Source: Myxococcota bacterium
Lineage (GTDB): Bacteria > Myxococcota_A > UBA796 > GCA-2862545
Length of the DNA stretch: 64,000 nucleotides
Assembly: GCA_039208735.1 (NCBI GenBank)
Contig: JBCCQY010000014.1
Coordinates: forward strand, 26,916 to 90,915
Direction: 5' to 3'
Of the stretch, positions 18,872 through 29,257 are shown in pieces (the stretch's first letter is position 1; every line of letters starts with the position of its first letter). Below the pieces are notes generated by a model, which did no database searches, was not told the DNA's origin, and was given only the letters and a program-made list of their open reading frames with translations. The translations under genes were made by a program, and so were the position numbers.

Positions 18872-20557
18872 TCAAGGCGTGATGTTCACGCTTAGGAAGT
18901 AGGGCTGCTGACCCGTCTTGGTGTCGATCACGAGGAACAGGTCCTGATCGGGCCCACTGTTCGTGTAGCTCAGCGTTTCTTCGTTTGCGAGGCTGTTGTC
19001 CGAGCCTGCCTCGCACTGGAACGCGTCGTTGCAGTTGCTCAGGAGGTAGATCGAAGGGTCGCCGTCAGGCATGTCGATTCCGACCGTGAGCGTGGCCCCA
19101 GAGGGAACCGTGATCGGCACGAGCGACTCACCACCCGGGGCGGCCGCGTTGGTGCAGCCACCGCCGCCGGGATTCAGGTCGTTCGAGTACGCAGTGAACT
19201 GCACGAAGTAAACGCCCGGCTGCAGCGAGTTGCCGGGCTGAACGTCACCGCAGGTGTTGAACATCGTCGGTGCGCCAAGCACGTCGATCACGACATCCAT
19301 GGTGTAGAAGTTGGGCTCACCGCCACCACGGGTATCCGCCAGCACATACACCGACTCGGTGCGGTCGCTGATGTTGAAGTACTCGACGAACTCGGGCTGG
19401 TTGAGGCCGATGGGCATGGTGTTCGCATTGAAGACGTCCGAGAAGTCTTCGCAGGCGTTGGCGGTAGTGGGGCACGTGGTCGAGAGCCCCAATACGCCAT
19501 CTTCACCGTACGCGGTGTATTCGACGGTCATAAGGGAACGCGGTGGCATGTCGACACGGTAGATGGCGTCTGCGCCTCCCGCGCCACAAATGCTGACGCC
19601 GTTGGAGAGTCCATCGAACGTCGACCACCAGCCCCCTTCAGGCAGCGACAGCAAGCCTTCGGCCGGCTGGCACGTGTTGGCTGGTGAGAGCTGTTCGCGC
19701 GCACCGACGTTGAGGAACTGCCCCGAGAAGTTGACCTCGCTCATGGCCGTCACGTCGACGACGTGGCCGAAGCGACGGAACTCGGACCGGTTCCAGCGCT
19801 TGAGCGAGAACTCGACGTCCTGCACGAGGCTGGTCCATGGCAACGAGTCGACGTCGAGCGCGAACAGACCGTCATCCTTCAGGCGAAAGATGCGGGAGAA
19901 GCCGAAGCGGCTCGTGGCCTCGAGCGTGATGATGCTTTCGCCCGTCGGTACCCATTCGATGATGAACTGCTCATCGTTGGTGAAGCGGGTGAAGCTGCCC
20001 GCGGCCGGCGAGATGATCTCGATGGGGGGGCTGATGTTCAAGAGATCGGGCGACACGTAGTCCGGCCAGAAGCCATTTTCCCAAGCCACGCCAACCTGCT
20101 GGCCCGAAAACGTTCCCGCCTGGGCGGTACCCGGGTCGCGGTAGAAGACCGCCTGGGTGTCTTCGTCCTGGCTGAAGGGGATGGACAACGCGCCGAAGTT
20201 GACTTCGGGCCCCAGGTAGCGCGTGCGCAACAGCTCGAGATTGACGCGCGCATCGGGGTCGAAGTCGATGAAGGTGCCTTCGGCCTTGGGCAGCTGGGGC
20301 AGACACGTGGTGTCGCGGTTCGGGTCCGTGAGGCACTGCGGCAGGTTCACGAAGCCAGGTGTGGTCTGGACGGCCACGGCCGCGGCGCCGGCCGAACCAT
20401 TGTTCATGTTCCGCCAAAACATGAAAGCGCCGAAGTCGCCGGGCGACCAACCTGTGTCGAGCGACTCGGCGGTGTCCGCGGTCTCGATCGCGGGGCCTGT
20501 GGGCTCATCAGGGTCAGACGACGTGCAGGCCAACAGCGTGTGAAGCATCAGAAACAT
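18872..20557 (-). CDS. Cys-rich lipoprotein with two C-terminal PPC-like beta-sandwich repeats; paralogue of 21530-23239
   Basis: Lipobox LLAC; repeats C...G.D/E...V...SIYLLSNC...C...ETLSYTN...LFLVID. Start is uncertain (20557 or 20581). Confidence 0.7.
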   Translation of the reverse strand: MFLMLHTLLACTSSDPDEPTGPAIETADTAESLDTGWSPGDFGAFMFWRNMNNGSAGAAAVAVQTTPGFVNLPQCLTDPNRDTTCLPQLPKAEGTFIDFDPDARVNLELLRTRYLGPEVNFGALSIPFSQDEDTQAVFYRDPGTAQAGTFSGQQVGVAWENGFWPDYVSPDLLNISPPIEIISPAAGSFTRFTNDEQFIIEWVPTGESIITLEATSRFGFSRIFRLKDDGLFALDVDSLPWTSLVQDVEFSLKRWNRSEFRRFGHVVDVTAMSEVNFSGQFLNVGAREQLSPANTCQPAEGLLSLPEGGWWSTFDGLSNGVSICGAGGADAIYRVDMPPRSLMTVEYTAYGEDGVLGLSTTCPTTANACEDFSDVFNANTMPIGLNQPEFVEYFNISDRTESVYVLADTRGGGEPNFYTMDVVIDVLGAPTMFNTCGDVQPGNSLQPGVYFVQFTAYSNDLNPGGGGCTNAAAPGGESLVPITVPSGATLTVGIDMPDGDPSIYLLSNCNDAFQCEAGSDNSLANEETLSYTNSGPDQDLFLVIDTKTGQQPYFLSVNITP

Positions 20558-20625
20558 GAAGGCTACCCTCGGGGGTGACATCCGGGCATGCCCAAGTAAC
20601 CCAAAGACCTTCACTCGGAAGAAGA

Positions 20626-21519
20626 TCACAGCCGGAGTAGAACCTCGTCCAGGACCAACGGGGGCACACAGGTTCCTTCAGCGTCGCAGTCCGTGACGGT
20701 GCATGCGCCTCGCTGAAAAGTGAGGGTACACGCTGGGGTTCCGTCCTCGAAGGTCAACGTTCCGGTTCCGTTGCCTTCGGAATCAAACCCATAGTTCCAG
20801 AACTCGGGCACACCGTCGTTGATGATGGCTCGGTACTCGACGTTCATCCTTCCATTTGCACGTCGGCGATAAAAGCCGTTGAGCAGGGTGTCGGCCGTCT
20901 CGTACACGAGATCGCGTCGCCAGGACACGTCTCGGGCGTTGCCCGATTCATCGAGCATGTAGGTGAGATTCGCGCCTTGGAAATTGAGCGACTCGGTCCA
21001 CGACCCGTCGGGCAGGCGTTCGCCGTCGGCGACGAACGTCCGGGCGCCATCAACGAATTCATGCGTGTAAAGCAGCCCATCGTCGGTCAGCTCACCCCGG
21101 TAGATCTCGACCCGACCCTGTTCGTCTTCGACCCGACGGTTCACGTCACAACCAAGCCTGAGATCCCTCACCTCGATCGAGCGACGAATCAGGGGCAGCG
21201 TGACTTCGAGATCGTACTCGAGATCGAGATCGCCATCGGGCCATAGCGTACCTTGGCCCTCCGCCGATTCCGACCGACGAAACGCACCTTCTACGTAGGT
21301 GCGCTCCCATTCCAGGTCGCCTGTGCGCAGATCATACTCACCCGCCATCTGCACGACGATATCGCTATCACGGGGAATATAGTCGAATGCACCGTCACCT
21401 GAGCCCTGCAATACGTCATTGGTCAGTCCCCCTGCCCAGTCGACGAAATCTGCGTCGCAGGTGGGGTCATCGAACACGAAACGCGAAGTACAGCTGGCCA
21501 GGAGCCACCAAACCCACAT
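20626..21519 (-). CDS. Hypothetical acidic beta-rich lipoprotein
   Basis: MWVWWLLASC after a GGAGG RBS; alternating beta-strand pattern; C-terminal Cys cluster. Confidence 0.7.
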   Translation of the reverse strand: MWVWWLLASCTSRFVFDDPTCDADFVDWAGGLTNDVLQGSGDGAFDYIPRDSDIVVQMAGEYDLRTGDLEWERTYVEGAFRRSESAEGQGTLWPDGDLDLEYDLEVTLPLIRRSIEVRDLRLGCDVNRRVEDEQGRVEIYRGELTDDGLLYTHEFVDGARTFVADGERLPDGSWTESLNFQGANLTYMLDESGNARDVSWRRDLVYETADTLLNGFYRRRANGRMNVEYRAIINDGVPEFWNYGFDSEGNGTGTLTFEDGTPACTLTFQRGACTVTDCDAEGTCVPPLVLDEVLLRL

Positions 21520-21529
21520 CGGGCCTCCG

Positions 21530-23239
21530 TCAAAACGACACGTCGAGACGGTACTGGTCGATTCCGAGCTCCGCGTCCAGCACGACATACACCGTCCGCG
21601 TGAAGGGAGAGGGATTCGTGTAGGTGAGCGTCTCGTTTCCGAATGCCACACAACTTGCGGCAATGCTGCAGTTCGAAAGGATGTGGATCCCCGGCATCCC
21701 CGTTGAGCCAAAGGTGCTCACATCGAGCGATTGGCCGCCCGAAAGCTCGACGGCCACAATGCCTTCGCCGCCCTGCCGTTCGCCGCCACAAGGCCCGGCG
21801 TCGGGGTAGCTCGGCAGAAGATTGGCGTGGTCGAGCAGGCTGCCTTCGAAAAATCCGGGCCCCACAGGTCCTTGCTCGATCGCTTCGACGCACGAGTTGA
21901 CGAGGACGTCGCCCCCCAACGCCCGACGCCGAATGTCGAGGGTAAAGTCGCCGGTTGCCTCACCCACCACATCCATCACGACGTAGACGCGAACGAGATC
22001 GGGCGACTCGTTGATCCAGGTGATGGTTTCGGGGCCTACGCCATCGGCGCCCACCAGGCAGGTCGCTTCGTCGTTGCAATCGGTGAGCAGGTACAGCGAG
22101 GCATCGGCGTCAGGAAGCTGGTAGCGCACCCGCAACTCATGTTGGGGTCGCACGTCCACCGGCACCAAGGACTCCCGACCCGACGCAGCCCGGCCCGTAC
22201 AACCGGTGTCGGTCGGGTCGAGCGCTGCGCTGGTCGGTGCGAAACGGCCCTCGTAAAACCCATCGTCGATCCCAGCCGAGGTTTGGGCTTCCGCGCAGGT
22301 CGCATCCGGGAACAACGTCGTTCGGACCCCCACCGATCGCCAGAGACCCCGGATGCGCTGGTTCCGTTGCACCGTCACGAACGTGGTTCGCCCGCCCTGC
22401 TGCACTTCCGTGCGCGTCCAGCGACCCAGCATCAAGTCGACGACATCGCCGTCTGTGAGTCCCGCGCCCGAAAGGTCGAGGTCGTAGCTGCCGGTGTCCG
22501 CGAGTTTCTGGATGCGCCGTCGCGTAGGGGTCTCCACATAGAGGAACACCTCACCGGGCGCCCCGACCTGGACGGGACCATCCTCGCCTGCAGACTGGCC
22601 TGAACCGTTGGGATCTCCGGGCGCCCAGCGGAGAGGGATGCCGTCGGTATCGACGAAGTCTTGCTCGAACATCGGGTCGATGAGTCGCAACCCGATGGGG
22701 TCAGGCATCTCGATGACCGCCGGGGCATCGGTGGCCGGCCACACATCGCCCGTCAGGGTGAGGTCGATCGGCAACGGAGAGGTTTGGGTGCCCGTGATGA
22801 TCTGGCTGTAGAACGCGAGGTTCGAGGTCGAATCAAAGAAGAACGGCGCGGACCAATTGCCGAGGGTCAACGTTGGGCCTGCCGAAACCGTGTCGATCGT
22901 CTCGAGCAACTTCGGCTCGAAGCCATCGACATCCACCGAAGCATTCACCACGTCGGGCAGGTCCTGCCGCAAGCAGAACTGCTGACCGCCAAGGCACTGC
23001 GCCAGATTGCGGACCTCCGTGGGCGGTTGGGTAAAGACGCCCAGCACCCGCGTATCAGCTGCACCAATCACCGAGTCTCCGTTGATCTCGATGACCACGT
23101 CGCCGAGCCCTGGCGTGCCGTCGGTCGTGGGCAAGCCGCCGGAGTCGGTCGTGCCATTTCCGTCGGGGGCCGGTCCTGTCCCCCCCGAGCAGGCGCTGAG
23201 CACACCGAGGAGGATCCCGAACCCGACTGCTTTCGTCAT
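21530..23239 (-). CDS. Cys-rich lipoprotein with two C-terminal PPC-like repeats; paralogue of 18872-20557
   Basis: MTKAVGFGILLGVLSAC lipobox after GAGGAG; shares NLxQC, GCT..AA.G.ESLVP, SxYLLxxCND, ETLxYTN with its paralogue. Confidence 0.75.
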   Translation of the reverse strand: MTKAVGFGILLGVLSACSGGTGPAPDGNGTTDSGGLPTTDGTPGLGDVVIEINGDSVIGAADTRVLGVFTQPPTEVRNLAQCLGGQQFCLRQDLPDVVNASVDVDGFEPKLLETIDTVSAGPTLTLGNWSAPFFFDSTSNLAFYSQIITGTQTSPLPIDLTLTGDVWPATDAPAVIEMPDPIGLRLIDPMFEQDFVDTDGIPLRWAPGDPNGSGQSAGEDGPVQVGAPGEVFLYVETPTRRRIQKLADTGSYDLDLSGAGLTDGDVVDLMLGRWTRTEVQQGGRTTFVTVQRNQRIRGLWRSVGVRTTLFPDATCAEAQTSAGIDDGFYEGRFAPTSAALDPTDTGCTGRAASGRESLVPVDVRPQHELRVRYQLPDADASLYLLTDCNDEATCLVGADGVGPETITWINESPDLVRVYVVMDVVGEATGDFTLDIRRRALGGDVLVNSCVEAIEQGPVGPGFFEGSLLDHANLLPSYPDAGPCGGERQGGEGIVAVELSGGQSLDVSTFGSTGMPGIHILSNCSIAASCVAFGNETLTYTNPSPFTRTVYVVLDAELGIDQYRLDVSF

Positions 23240-23316
23240 GATCTGCTCCTCGCAGCCTGCGCCTTGGCCAGGGTAACGTGCACGAGAGGCCACCCGCGCG
23301 GTCATTCGGGACCGAC

Positions 23317-25386
23317 CTACCCTCCGTTGCGGCGAGCGGGGAGACGGATGACGAATCGTGCTCCTCCGTCCACTCCATCGGTGCACACAAGCGAGCCCTT
23401 GTGCGCTTCCACGATCTCACGGGCTTGGTTGAGGCCCAGGCCATGACCGCCCGAGGGACCCCGGTTGGGCCCTTCGATGCGAACGAAGCGATCAAAAATC
23501 GCCTTGCGCATGGCTTTCGGCACCCCAAGGCCGTTGTCAGCGACCGCAATTCGAATCTGACGGTTTTCCTGACTCAACTCGAGCCACACCTGGGGGGCAT
23601 CAGAGTCGGGCTTGCGGTACTTCAGCGCGTTGTCGAGCAGGATTCCGACCGCGTCACGCAGGGCCCCGGAGTCTCCAAGCACTTCATCGGTGGGATGGAG
23701 ATCGGCATGAAGCTTGACCCCCGCTTGCTCGAGTCGGGGGCCCCACTGGTCGATCGCTTCGAGAACGGATTCCTCTGGGTCGGTGGGCTCGGGTGACGGA
23801 ATGGTCCGTTCACGGGCCACATCGAGCACCTCATCGACGCGGGCCTTGAGACGATCCGCCTCTTCGACGATGCGACGCGCCATTTCCTGACGCTGCTCAT
23901 CGGTGCGGAACACGCCCGCTTCGAGGTTCTCCGCCATGACGCGAATGCCCGCAAGTGGCGTTTTCAGCTCGTGGGTGACGCGGGTGGTGAACGCCCGTTG
24001 ACGATTGAGCAGTTCGTACTGACGGCGGGTAAAACGTTCCAAGGCTGCGAGGGCGGCAATGCCGAGCACCATGCAAATCCCCATGATGCCGAAGGGGAGC
24101 AGCCAGTGTTCGGACCGCATTTGGGCCAGGCTATCGAGGGCCGCCTCGTTCACCCGGACTCGCAAATGCGTCAGCCCCTTAAACGGTGCGATCTCGACGT
24201 AGGCTTCGTTGGGGTGAGACGGTGCCCCCGTGACCCACTCTCCATCGGCGTTGGTGATGGTGATCTGGTGGCGATATTCCCTCGTTCCAGCGAGGAAATC
24301 TTTCAGGAGCAGCTGCTGTTCGATCTGGAACGCGGTGCCGTGCCCATTGGACCACCCAAAGAAAACGAGAAAGGGCGTGTCTGAGTACTGATCCCAGATG
24401 AACCTGGGTTTTTCGTCAGACTCCGGCATTTGGGTCGCGATTTTGTCTCGGATTTCGCGGAATGCGGCACGCCGCCGTTCCGCGCGGCCCCAAACCGTTT
24501 CGAGGCGACGAGCATCCTGGTGGCGTCCGTGGCGCAGGAGCTGATTGCGAATGTTGAACGTGTCGTCTTTGCCGCTGTACTGCGTGAGCAGACGCGAAGC
24601 CTCGGGAGCGTCGAGCTGCGTGATCTCGTAGCCAAGATCCCACATTCCCTGAAGACCATCCTCAAGGTGCTTTCGGCGTACTCCCTCCAGGAGGAGCCCA
24701 TCATGGCCAAGGGCGATGCGCCGCATGGCGTCGCGGAACCGGTAGATGGCTAGGTTTGTCGGCGGAATCTCGCGCCTTGCCGCCTCTGCGAGCGACATGG
24801 ACGGGTCGATCCGCATTGCTTCCATGGCGGCCAAGGCCTGCGCAGGATGGGTCTCCCGTAGGAAATAGTCGGCTTCTGTGGCGGCATAGATCCGCACGAG
24901 GGGCGCTTCGTTCTGGCAACCGAGGACAAACCGTTCGGCAATCTTCGTGTCATTGTCGAGACTCGGCTCGAGGGACCGCGCCAACCAATGCGCCTCCCGA
25001 ACGCAGGGGACTTGCCCCAGGTCCGCAGGGCGAACCGGTGCTACCGGGTAGACCCATTCCGCAGGTTGAGTCTCGGTCCGAACACGCCAAACGTACAAGC
25101 TGTCGAACCAACGACGGGTCTTACGAAGGCGACTCTGGCGATGCCGCGCTTGCTTGGGGCTGGTGGGGGGCGCCTCGATGTGGTCGGTGAGCGCCTTGAT
25201 CTTGTCCTCTTCCCACGCGGCGGCGTACTCCTCAACCATGGTGACGGTCCGCTCGCGTTCCTGTTCCCACGCCAAGTCACGCAACGTGGCCATTCGCCAC
25301 GCGGCAATCGTCACCGTCATCAAGAACGCCGCCCCCACCACGAAGGGAAGGGCACGTCGAGCGGCGGAAGGTCGGAGCTCACCCAT
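23317..25386 (-). CDS. Membrane sensor histidine kinase with a large extracytoplasmic domain
   Basis: Two TM segments; H-box VTHELKTPL, N-box LLDNALKY, DNGLG, IFDRF, GHGLGL. Confidence 0.93.
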   Translation of the reverse strand: MGELRPSAARRALPFVVGAAFLMTVTIAAWRMATLRDLAWEQERERTVTMVEEYAAAWEEDKIKALTDHIEAPPTSPKQARHRQSRLRKTRRWFDSLYVWRVRTETQPAEWVYPVAPVRPADLGQVPCVREAHWLARSLEPSLDNDTKIAERFVLGCQNEAPLVRIYAATEADYFLRETHPAQALAAMEAMRIDPSMSLAEAARREIPPTNLAIYRFRDAMRRIALGHDGLLLEGVRRKHLEDGLQGMWDLGYEITQLDAPEASRLLTQYSGKDDTFNIRNQLLRHGRHQDARRLETVWGRAERRRAAFREIRDKIATQMPESDEKPRFIWDQYSDTPFLVFFGWSNGHGTAFQIEQQLLLKDFLAGTREYRHQITITNADGEWVTGAPSHPNEAYVEIAPFKGLTHLRVRVNEAALDSLAQMRSEHWLLPFGIMGICMVLGIAALAALERFTRRQYELLNRQRAFTTRVTHELKTPLAGIRVMAENLEAGVFRTDEQRQEMARRIVEEADRLKARVDEVLDVARERTIPSPEPTDPEESVLEAIDQWGPRLEQAGVKLHADLHPTDEVLGDSGALRDAVGILLDNALKYRKPDSDAPQVWLELSQENRQIRIAVADNGLGVPKAMRKAIFDRFVRIEGPNRGPSGGHGLGLNQAREIVEAHKGSLVCTDGVDGGARFVIRLPARRNGG

Positions 25387-25489
25387 GTTCCCTCTCTATC
25401 CCGGGGGCCACTTCGGATTGTCATGGCTTGACGGAGCCTGTCGATGGGGTGACGCTCGTGGCCAGAACCACGTTCCGGAGGGGTTCGAG

Positions 25490-26734
25490 ATGGTGCGCAG
25501 CGGTTGGGTCTCATGGTGGGTAGGATTGGCCCTCGGATGTGGGTCTTCGACTCCGTCAGAGCCGGCTCCAGTGGAACCCGAAGCGCCGGCCGCAAAGGCC
25601 GTTGAGGGACCGCAGCCCGTGTTGTTCATGGTGCAAGCGCAGTTCCTGCCGACCAACAAGCCTGGGCCTGCCAAAGGCGTCTTCTACCGTAAAGACGGCG
25701 ACTTCTGGACGTCTGACGTGCTGGAAGACCCCGACTCCAACGTGTGGCACAAGGCCATGTTTTGGCGTGACGGCATCCTGACGATTGGGGCGCAGCGGGC
25801 GTTGCTCAAGCATTGGACGAAGCAGGGCGACAAGTGGGAGGCCAAGACGCTGTACGAAGCCACGTTTGGGGGCACGTATGATCGCTTTCGCGACGTCGAG
25901 ATCGGGGACGTCGATGGCGATGGCCAGGATGAGATCGTGCTGGCCACCCACGATGCAGGCGTCGTCGCGGTGGGAGACGAGCAGGTTGATGGCAAGTGGG
26001 TCTTTCAGCAGTTCGACAAGACCCCGGACACCTTCGTTCATGAGGTCGAAATCGGCGATGTCGATGGCGACGGCAAGAACGAGTTCTACGTGACGCCCTC
26101 GGAGCGCAACAAGGCCAACGGGGCCTCGCAGCCTGGCGGGGTGTTTCGCTACGATCACCAGCCGGACGGGACCTACGCCCGGCGGCCGGTGGTGCAGTAC
26201 GACAAGACCCACGCCAAAGAGATTCTGGTCACCGATCTCGATGCCGACGGCACCGATGAACTCTACGTGGTCAAGGAAGGCGTGACCACGGTGTCGCCGA
26301 CGAAGATGACCCTCGAAGAGCCAGTCGCCATCGAGCGATTCGTGGCGGGTGAAGGTCAGGCCCTCGTAGGCACGGTCATTGGGGAATTGCCGGGCGAGGC
26401 ACAGTGCCGCTTCCTTGTGGCGGGCGACGTCAATCACGACGGGAAGGCCGAGCTTGTGGCCGCGAGTAAAGGAACCGGCCTGTGGCTTCTCGAATCGGGG
26501 CCAGACGCCTTCACCACAACGAAGATCGCCGAAAACACCGGCGGATTCGAGCACGCCACGCACCTCGCGGACCTCGACAACGATGGCAAGCTTGAGATCT
26601 ACGCGGCGTCCGAGATGCGCCGGCACCGCTTGTTGCGCCGCTACGTCTTCGATGGCGAGCGCTATGTACCCACGGTGATCGCGCCCATCCCGGAGCGCCA
26701 CATCACCTGGAACCTCGCGGACGGTACGCTGTAG
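25490..26734 (+). CDS. FG-GAP/VCBS repeat lipoprotein
   Basis: Lipobox ALGC; five Ca-binding-type loops GDVDGDGQDE, GDVDGDGKNE, TDLDADGTDE, GDVNHDGKAE, ADLDNDGKLE. Confidence 0.85.
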   Translation: MVRSGWVSWWVGLALGCGSSTPSEPAPVEPEAPAAKAVEGPQPVLFMVQAQFLPTNKPGPAKGVFYRKDGDFWTSDVLEDPDSNVWHKAMFWRDGILTIGAQRALLKHWTKQGDKWEAKTLYEATFGGTYDRFRDVEIGDVDGDGQDEIVLATHDAGVVAVGDEQVDGKWVFQQFDKTPDTFVHEVEIGDVDGDGKNEFYVTPSERNKANGASQPGGVFRYDHQPDGTYARRPVVQYDKTHAKEILVTDLDADGTDELYVVKEGVTTVSPTKMTLEEPVAIERFVAGEGQALVGTVIGELPGEAQCRFLVAGDVNHDGKAELVAASKGTGLWLLESGPDAFTTTKIAENTGGFEHATHLADLDNDGKLEIYAASEMRRHRLLRRYVFDGERYVPTVIAPIPERHITWNLADGTL

Positions 26735-26739
26735 TCTGC

Positions 26740-27258
26740 ATGAGCAATCCCCCGCCGAACTACATCACGCCCTACGGCCTCGAGCGAATGCGTCGTGAAC
26801 TCGCATGGCTCGACCACGAGGAGCGTCCACGGGTCGTCGCCGAGGTGAGCTACGCCGCCTCGTTGGGCGATCGGTCCGAGAATGCCGAGTACATCTACGG
26901 CAAGAAGCGGCTGCGAGCCATCGACCGACGACGGGAGTTCCTGTTGCGTCGCCTCCGGGCGGCCCGCCCCGTCGACCCCGTCGACCTTTCGGGTGAAATT
27001 GTGCGGTTTGGGGCGACGGTGGTGATCGAGGACGAACAAGGCCAGGAGCAGACCTGGCGGATCTACGGCGAAGACGAGGTCGACGTGGCCAGCGGAATCA
27101 TCAGCTGGCGTTCGCCCATCGCTCGCGCGCTCCTCAACAAGTCCGTCGGGGAAGTCGCCAAAGTGCGCGCTCCTTCGGGCGATCGTGAGGTCGAGATTCT
27201 TGAGGTGCGGTACGAGCCCGTGCCGGAACTCCCCGAAAACCTGGATTTCGGAACCTGA
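26740..27258 (+). CDS. greB: Transcription elongation factor GreB
   Basis: NYITPYG, AASLGDRSENAEYIYGKKRLRAIDRR, VRFGATV, ISWRSPIARALL. Confidence 0.95.
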   Translation: MSNPPPNYITPYGLERMRRELAWLDHEERPRVVAEVSYAASLGDRSENAEYIYGKKRLRAIDRRREFLLRRLRAARPVDPVDLSGEIVRFGATVVIEDEQGQEQTWRIYGEDEVDVASGIISWRSPIARALLNKSVGEVAKVRAPSGDREVEILEVRYEPVPELPENLDFGT

Positions 27259-27361
27259 AGCACGCCTGTGGTGGGTCTCGTGACGGAACGAGGCGCGCGT
27301 TGACGTTTCGCGATTGGTCGATCCCCGGGTCGGCCACGCAGATTCGATCAGGAGGCACCCG

Positions 27362-28018
27362 ATGGCCCTCGGTCTGACCGCGCTACTGCTTGCTGCTCTT
27401 TCCGGGATTCGAACTTGGTTTCCCCTCTGGTTGGTGGCCTTCGCGGCCTGGGTCGGGCTCAGCGCATCGTCCTATGCGGGAGGCAGCCTCGGCCAGGTGG
27501 GCATTGTCGGAGCGTTGACGGTCCTTTGGGCAGCCGAGATCGGAGCCGACAAGGTGATTGGACTGGATCATCGCCTGCAGTCCGTCGGCATCTTGCTCAA
27601 GCCGATCGTCGCCACCTTTGTGGCCGTAGTGGCGTGGCCCGAGGTCTCGCCGTTGCTCGCGGGCATGGTCGGCGCGGTCGTAGGCGGCGTGTCAGCCGCG
27701 GGCCTGGCCGTCGCGAAGGGTCGGCTTCGACGATTCGCTACGGCCCATCTGCCGGGTTGGGGCAACGTGCTCGTGTCGGCCGGTGAAGACGTCTTCGTGG
27801 TGGTCATGGGCATCCTCGCCCTCGTGGCACCCGTCGCCGCGCTGGTCTGGGGCGCCGTCAGCGTGGTGTCGGTAGGGACGCTGGTGCGGCTCGCCGGGTC
27901 AGCCGTCTCCGTTGAGGAGTTGGAGCGCGAGGTCCCGGATCTCGGGGTCCTGATGGCGGCGCAGCCACCGCAAGCGCGGGGCGAGGTTGGGATCTGGTCG
28001 GCGCGCCATCATCTGTAG
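27362..28018 (+). CDS. DUF4126 family membrane protein
   Basis: LSGIRTWFPL, EIGADKVIGLDH, NVLVSAGED; AGGAGG RBS before ATG 27362. Confidence 0.8.
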   Translation: MALGLTALLLAALSGIRTWFPLWLVAFAAWVGLSASSYAGGSLGQVGIVGALTVLWAAEIGADKVIGLDHRLQSVGILLKPIVATFVAVVAWPEVSPLLAGMVGAVVGGVSAAGLAVAKGRLRRFATAHLPGWGNVLVSAGEDVFVVVMGILALVAPVAALVWGAVSVVSVGTLVRLAGSAVSVEELEREVPDLGVLMAAQPPQARGEVGIWSARHHL

Positions 28019-29209
28019 GGCCAGCACGACCCGATCCCGATCGGTCCCTTCGTGAGAAGGACCGCGAATCCACGACAGGATTCGAGTGTCCTTCAGTGAG
28101 TCGAGCACCTCCGCCCAAGGGGCTGCGGTCCACGCCGGATCTTCGAGCAAGATTTGCTGCAATGTCTCGGATCGTGCTTGCCAATGGGGCTGGGCCAAGA
28201 ATGCACGGAGGCGTCGGTCTCCATTGGGTTCGGGGGCATCGTCAGGTACAGGGTCGCTTTCGAGGAACCGGAGCTGCTCGTAAGCCGGGTGTTGATCCGC
28301 CCGTTGCTCCGCTTGCTGGGCCAGCAACGGCACCACAAGTTCCTGGGCGAGCTGTTCAAGGGCAGGACCGAACGGAATGTTGCGCAGCAGCTCCAGGGTG
28401 GCCCCCGAGACCGTGGCGTAGTCTGGCCGCATGGCGGGGTCGTAGGCGGTCATCCCTTCGATGAGGTCGACGAGCGTGCGGGTGGCACGCAGATCGAATC
28501 CCGGGGGCCGTAGCCGCATCAGGTGTCGCTGAACGCTCGCTTCGTAGCCCTTGCGGTACAGCGAAACGCCAATGCGGTCGCCTGACAACAGCTCGTAGGC
28601 CACACAACCCAGGGCAAAGATGTCGCCTGCGGGAGAGTCAGGCGCTCCATCGAAGCGTTCAGGCGCCACGTAGCCATCCGCACCAAGGACCACCGACACG
28701 GTTTCGGACTCCTTTCCCGCGAAGTCTCCCTTGGCGATCCCAAAGTCCACGAGTTTCACGGTGCCATCGACGGCCATCAGCAGGTTGGAGGGTTTCACGT
28801 CACGGTGGATCACTGCCATTGCCTTGCCGGTTTGGGGATCGATGGTGGCGTAGGCGACCTGAAGGGCCTCGACGGTCGTCCGAAGGATCTCGATGACGTC
28901 CGGAGCCGGGAGGTGCCGGTCCGGCGCCTGGTTGACGACCGCATCGAGAGGCGCCCCCCGAACCCACTCGAGCAAGAGCACGGGCTGGCCTTCGATCTCC
29001 CGAATCTCGTGGATGCCCACGATGTGGGGATGATCGAGTCGGGAAAGCATCGCCGCCTCGTCCCGAATCCGCCGTTCAATCTTCGGATTGTGGATGTGGG
29101 ACGGTCGCAACACCTTTGCGGCAAACAGACGGTCTGTGACGGCATCGCGCACGACGCAGACGTGACCGAAGGTGCCCGAAGCGAGAATCTGGACGATCTG
29201 GAGGCCCAT
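27899..29209 (-). CDS. Hanks-type Ser/Thr protein kinase with a helical C-terminal region and no TM segment
   Basis: ASGTFG, AAK, IHRDVKPSN, DFG, YVAPE, DIFALG. Confidence 0.93.
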   Translation of the reverse strand: MGLQIVQILASGTFGHVCVVRDAVTDRLFAAKVLRPSHIHNPKIERRIRDEAAMLSRLDHPHIVGIHEIREIEGQPVLLLEWVRGAPLDAVVNQAPDRHLPAPDVIEILRTTVEALQVAYATIDPQTGKAMAVIHRDVKPSNLLMAVDGTVKLVDFGIAKGDFAGKESETVSVVLGADGYVAPERFDGAPDSPAGDIFALGCVAYELLSGDRIGVSLYRKGYEASVQRHLMRLRPPGFDLRATRTLVDLIEGMTAYDPAMRPDYATVSGATLELLRNIPFGPALEQLAQELVVPLLAQQAEQRADQHPAYEQLRFLESDPVPDDAPEPNGDRRLRAFLAQPHWQARSETLQQILLEDPAWTAAPWAEVLDSLKDTRILSWIRGPSHEGTDRDRVVLALQMMARRPDPNLAPRLRWLRRHQDPEIRDLALQLLNGDG

Positions 29210-29257
29210 TCTGCACGGCTGTTATCCGGTGTGGGTCTTGCCAGACGGGATCCCACG

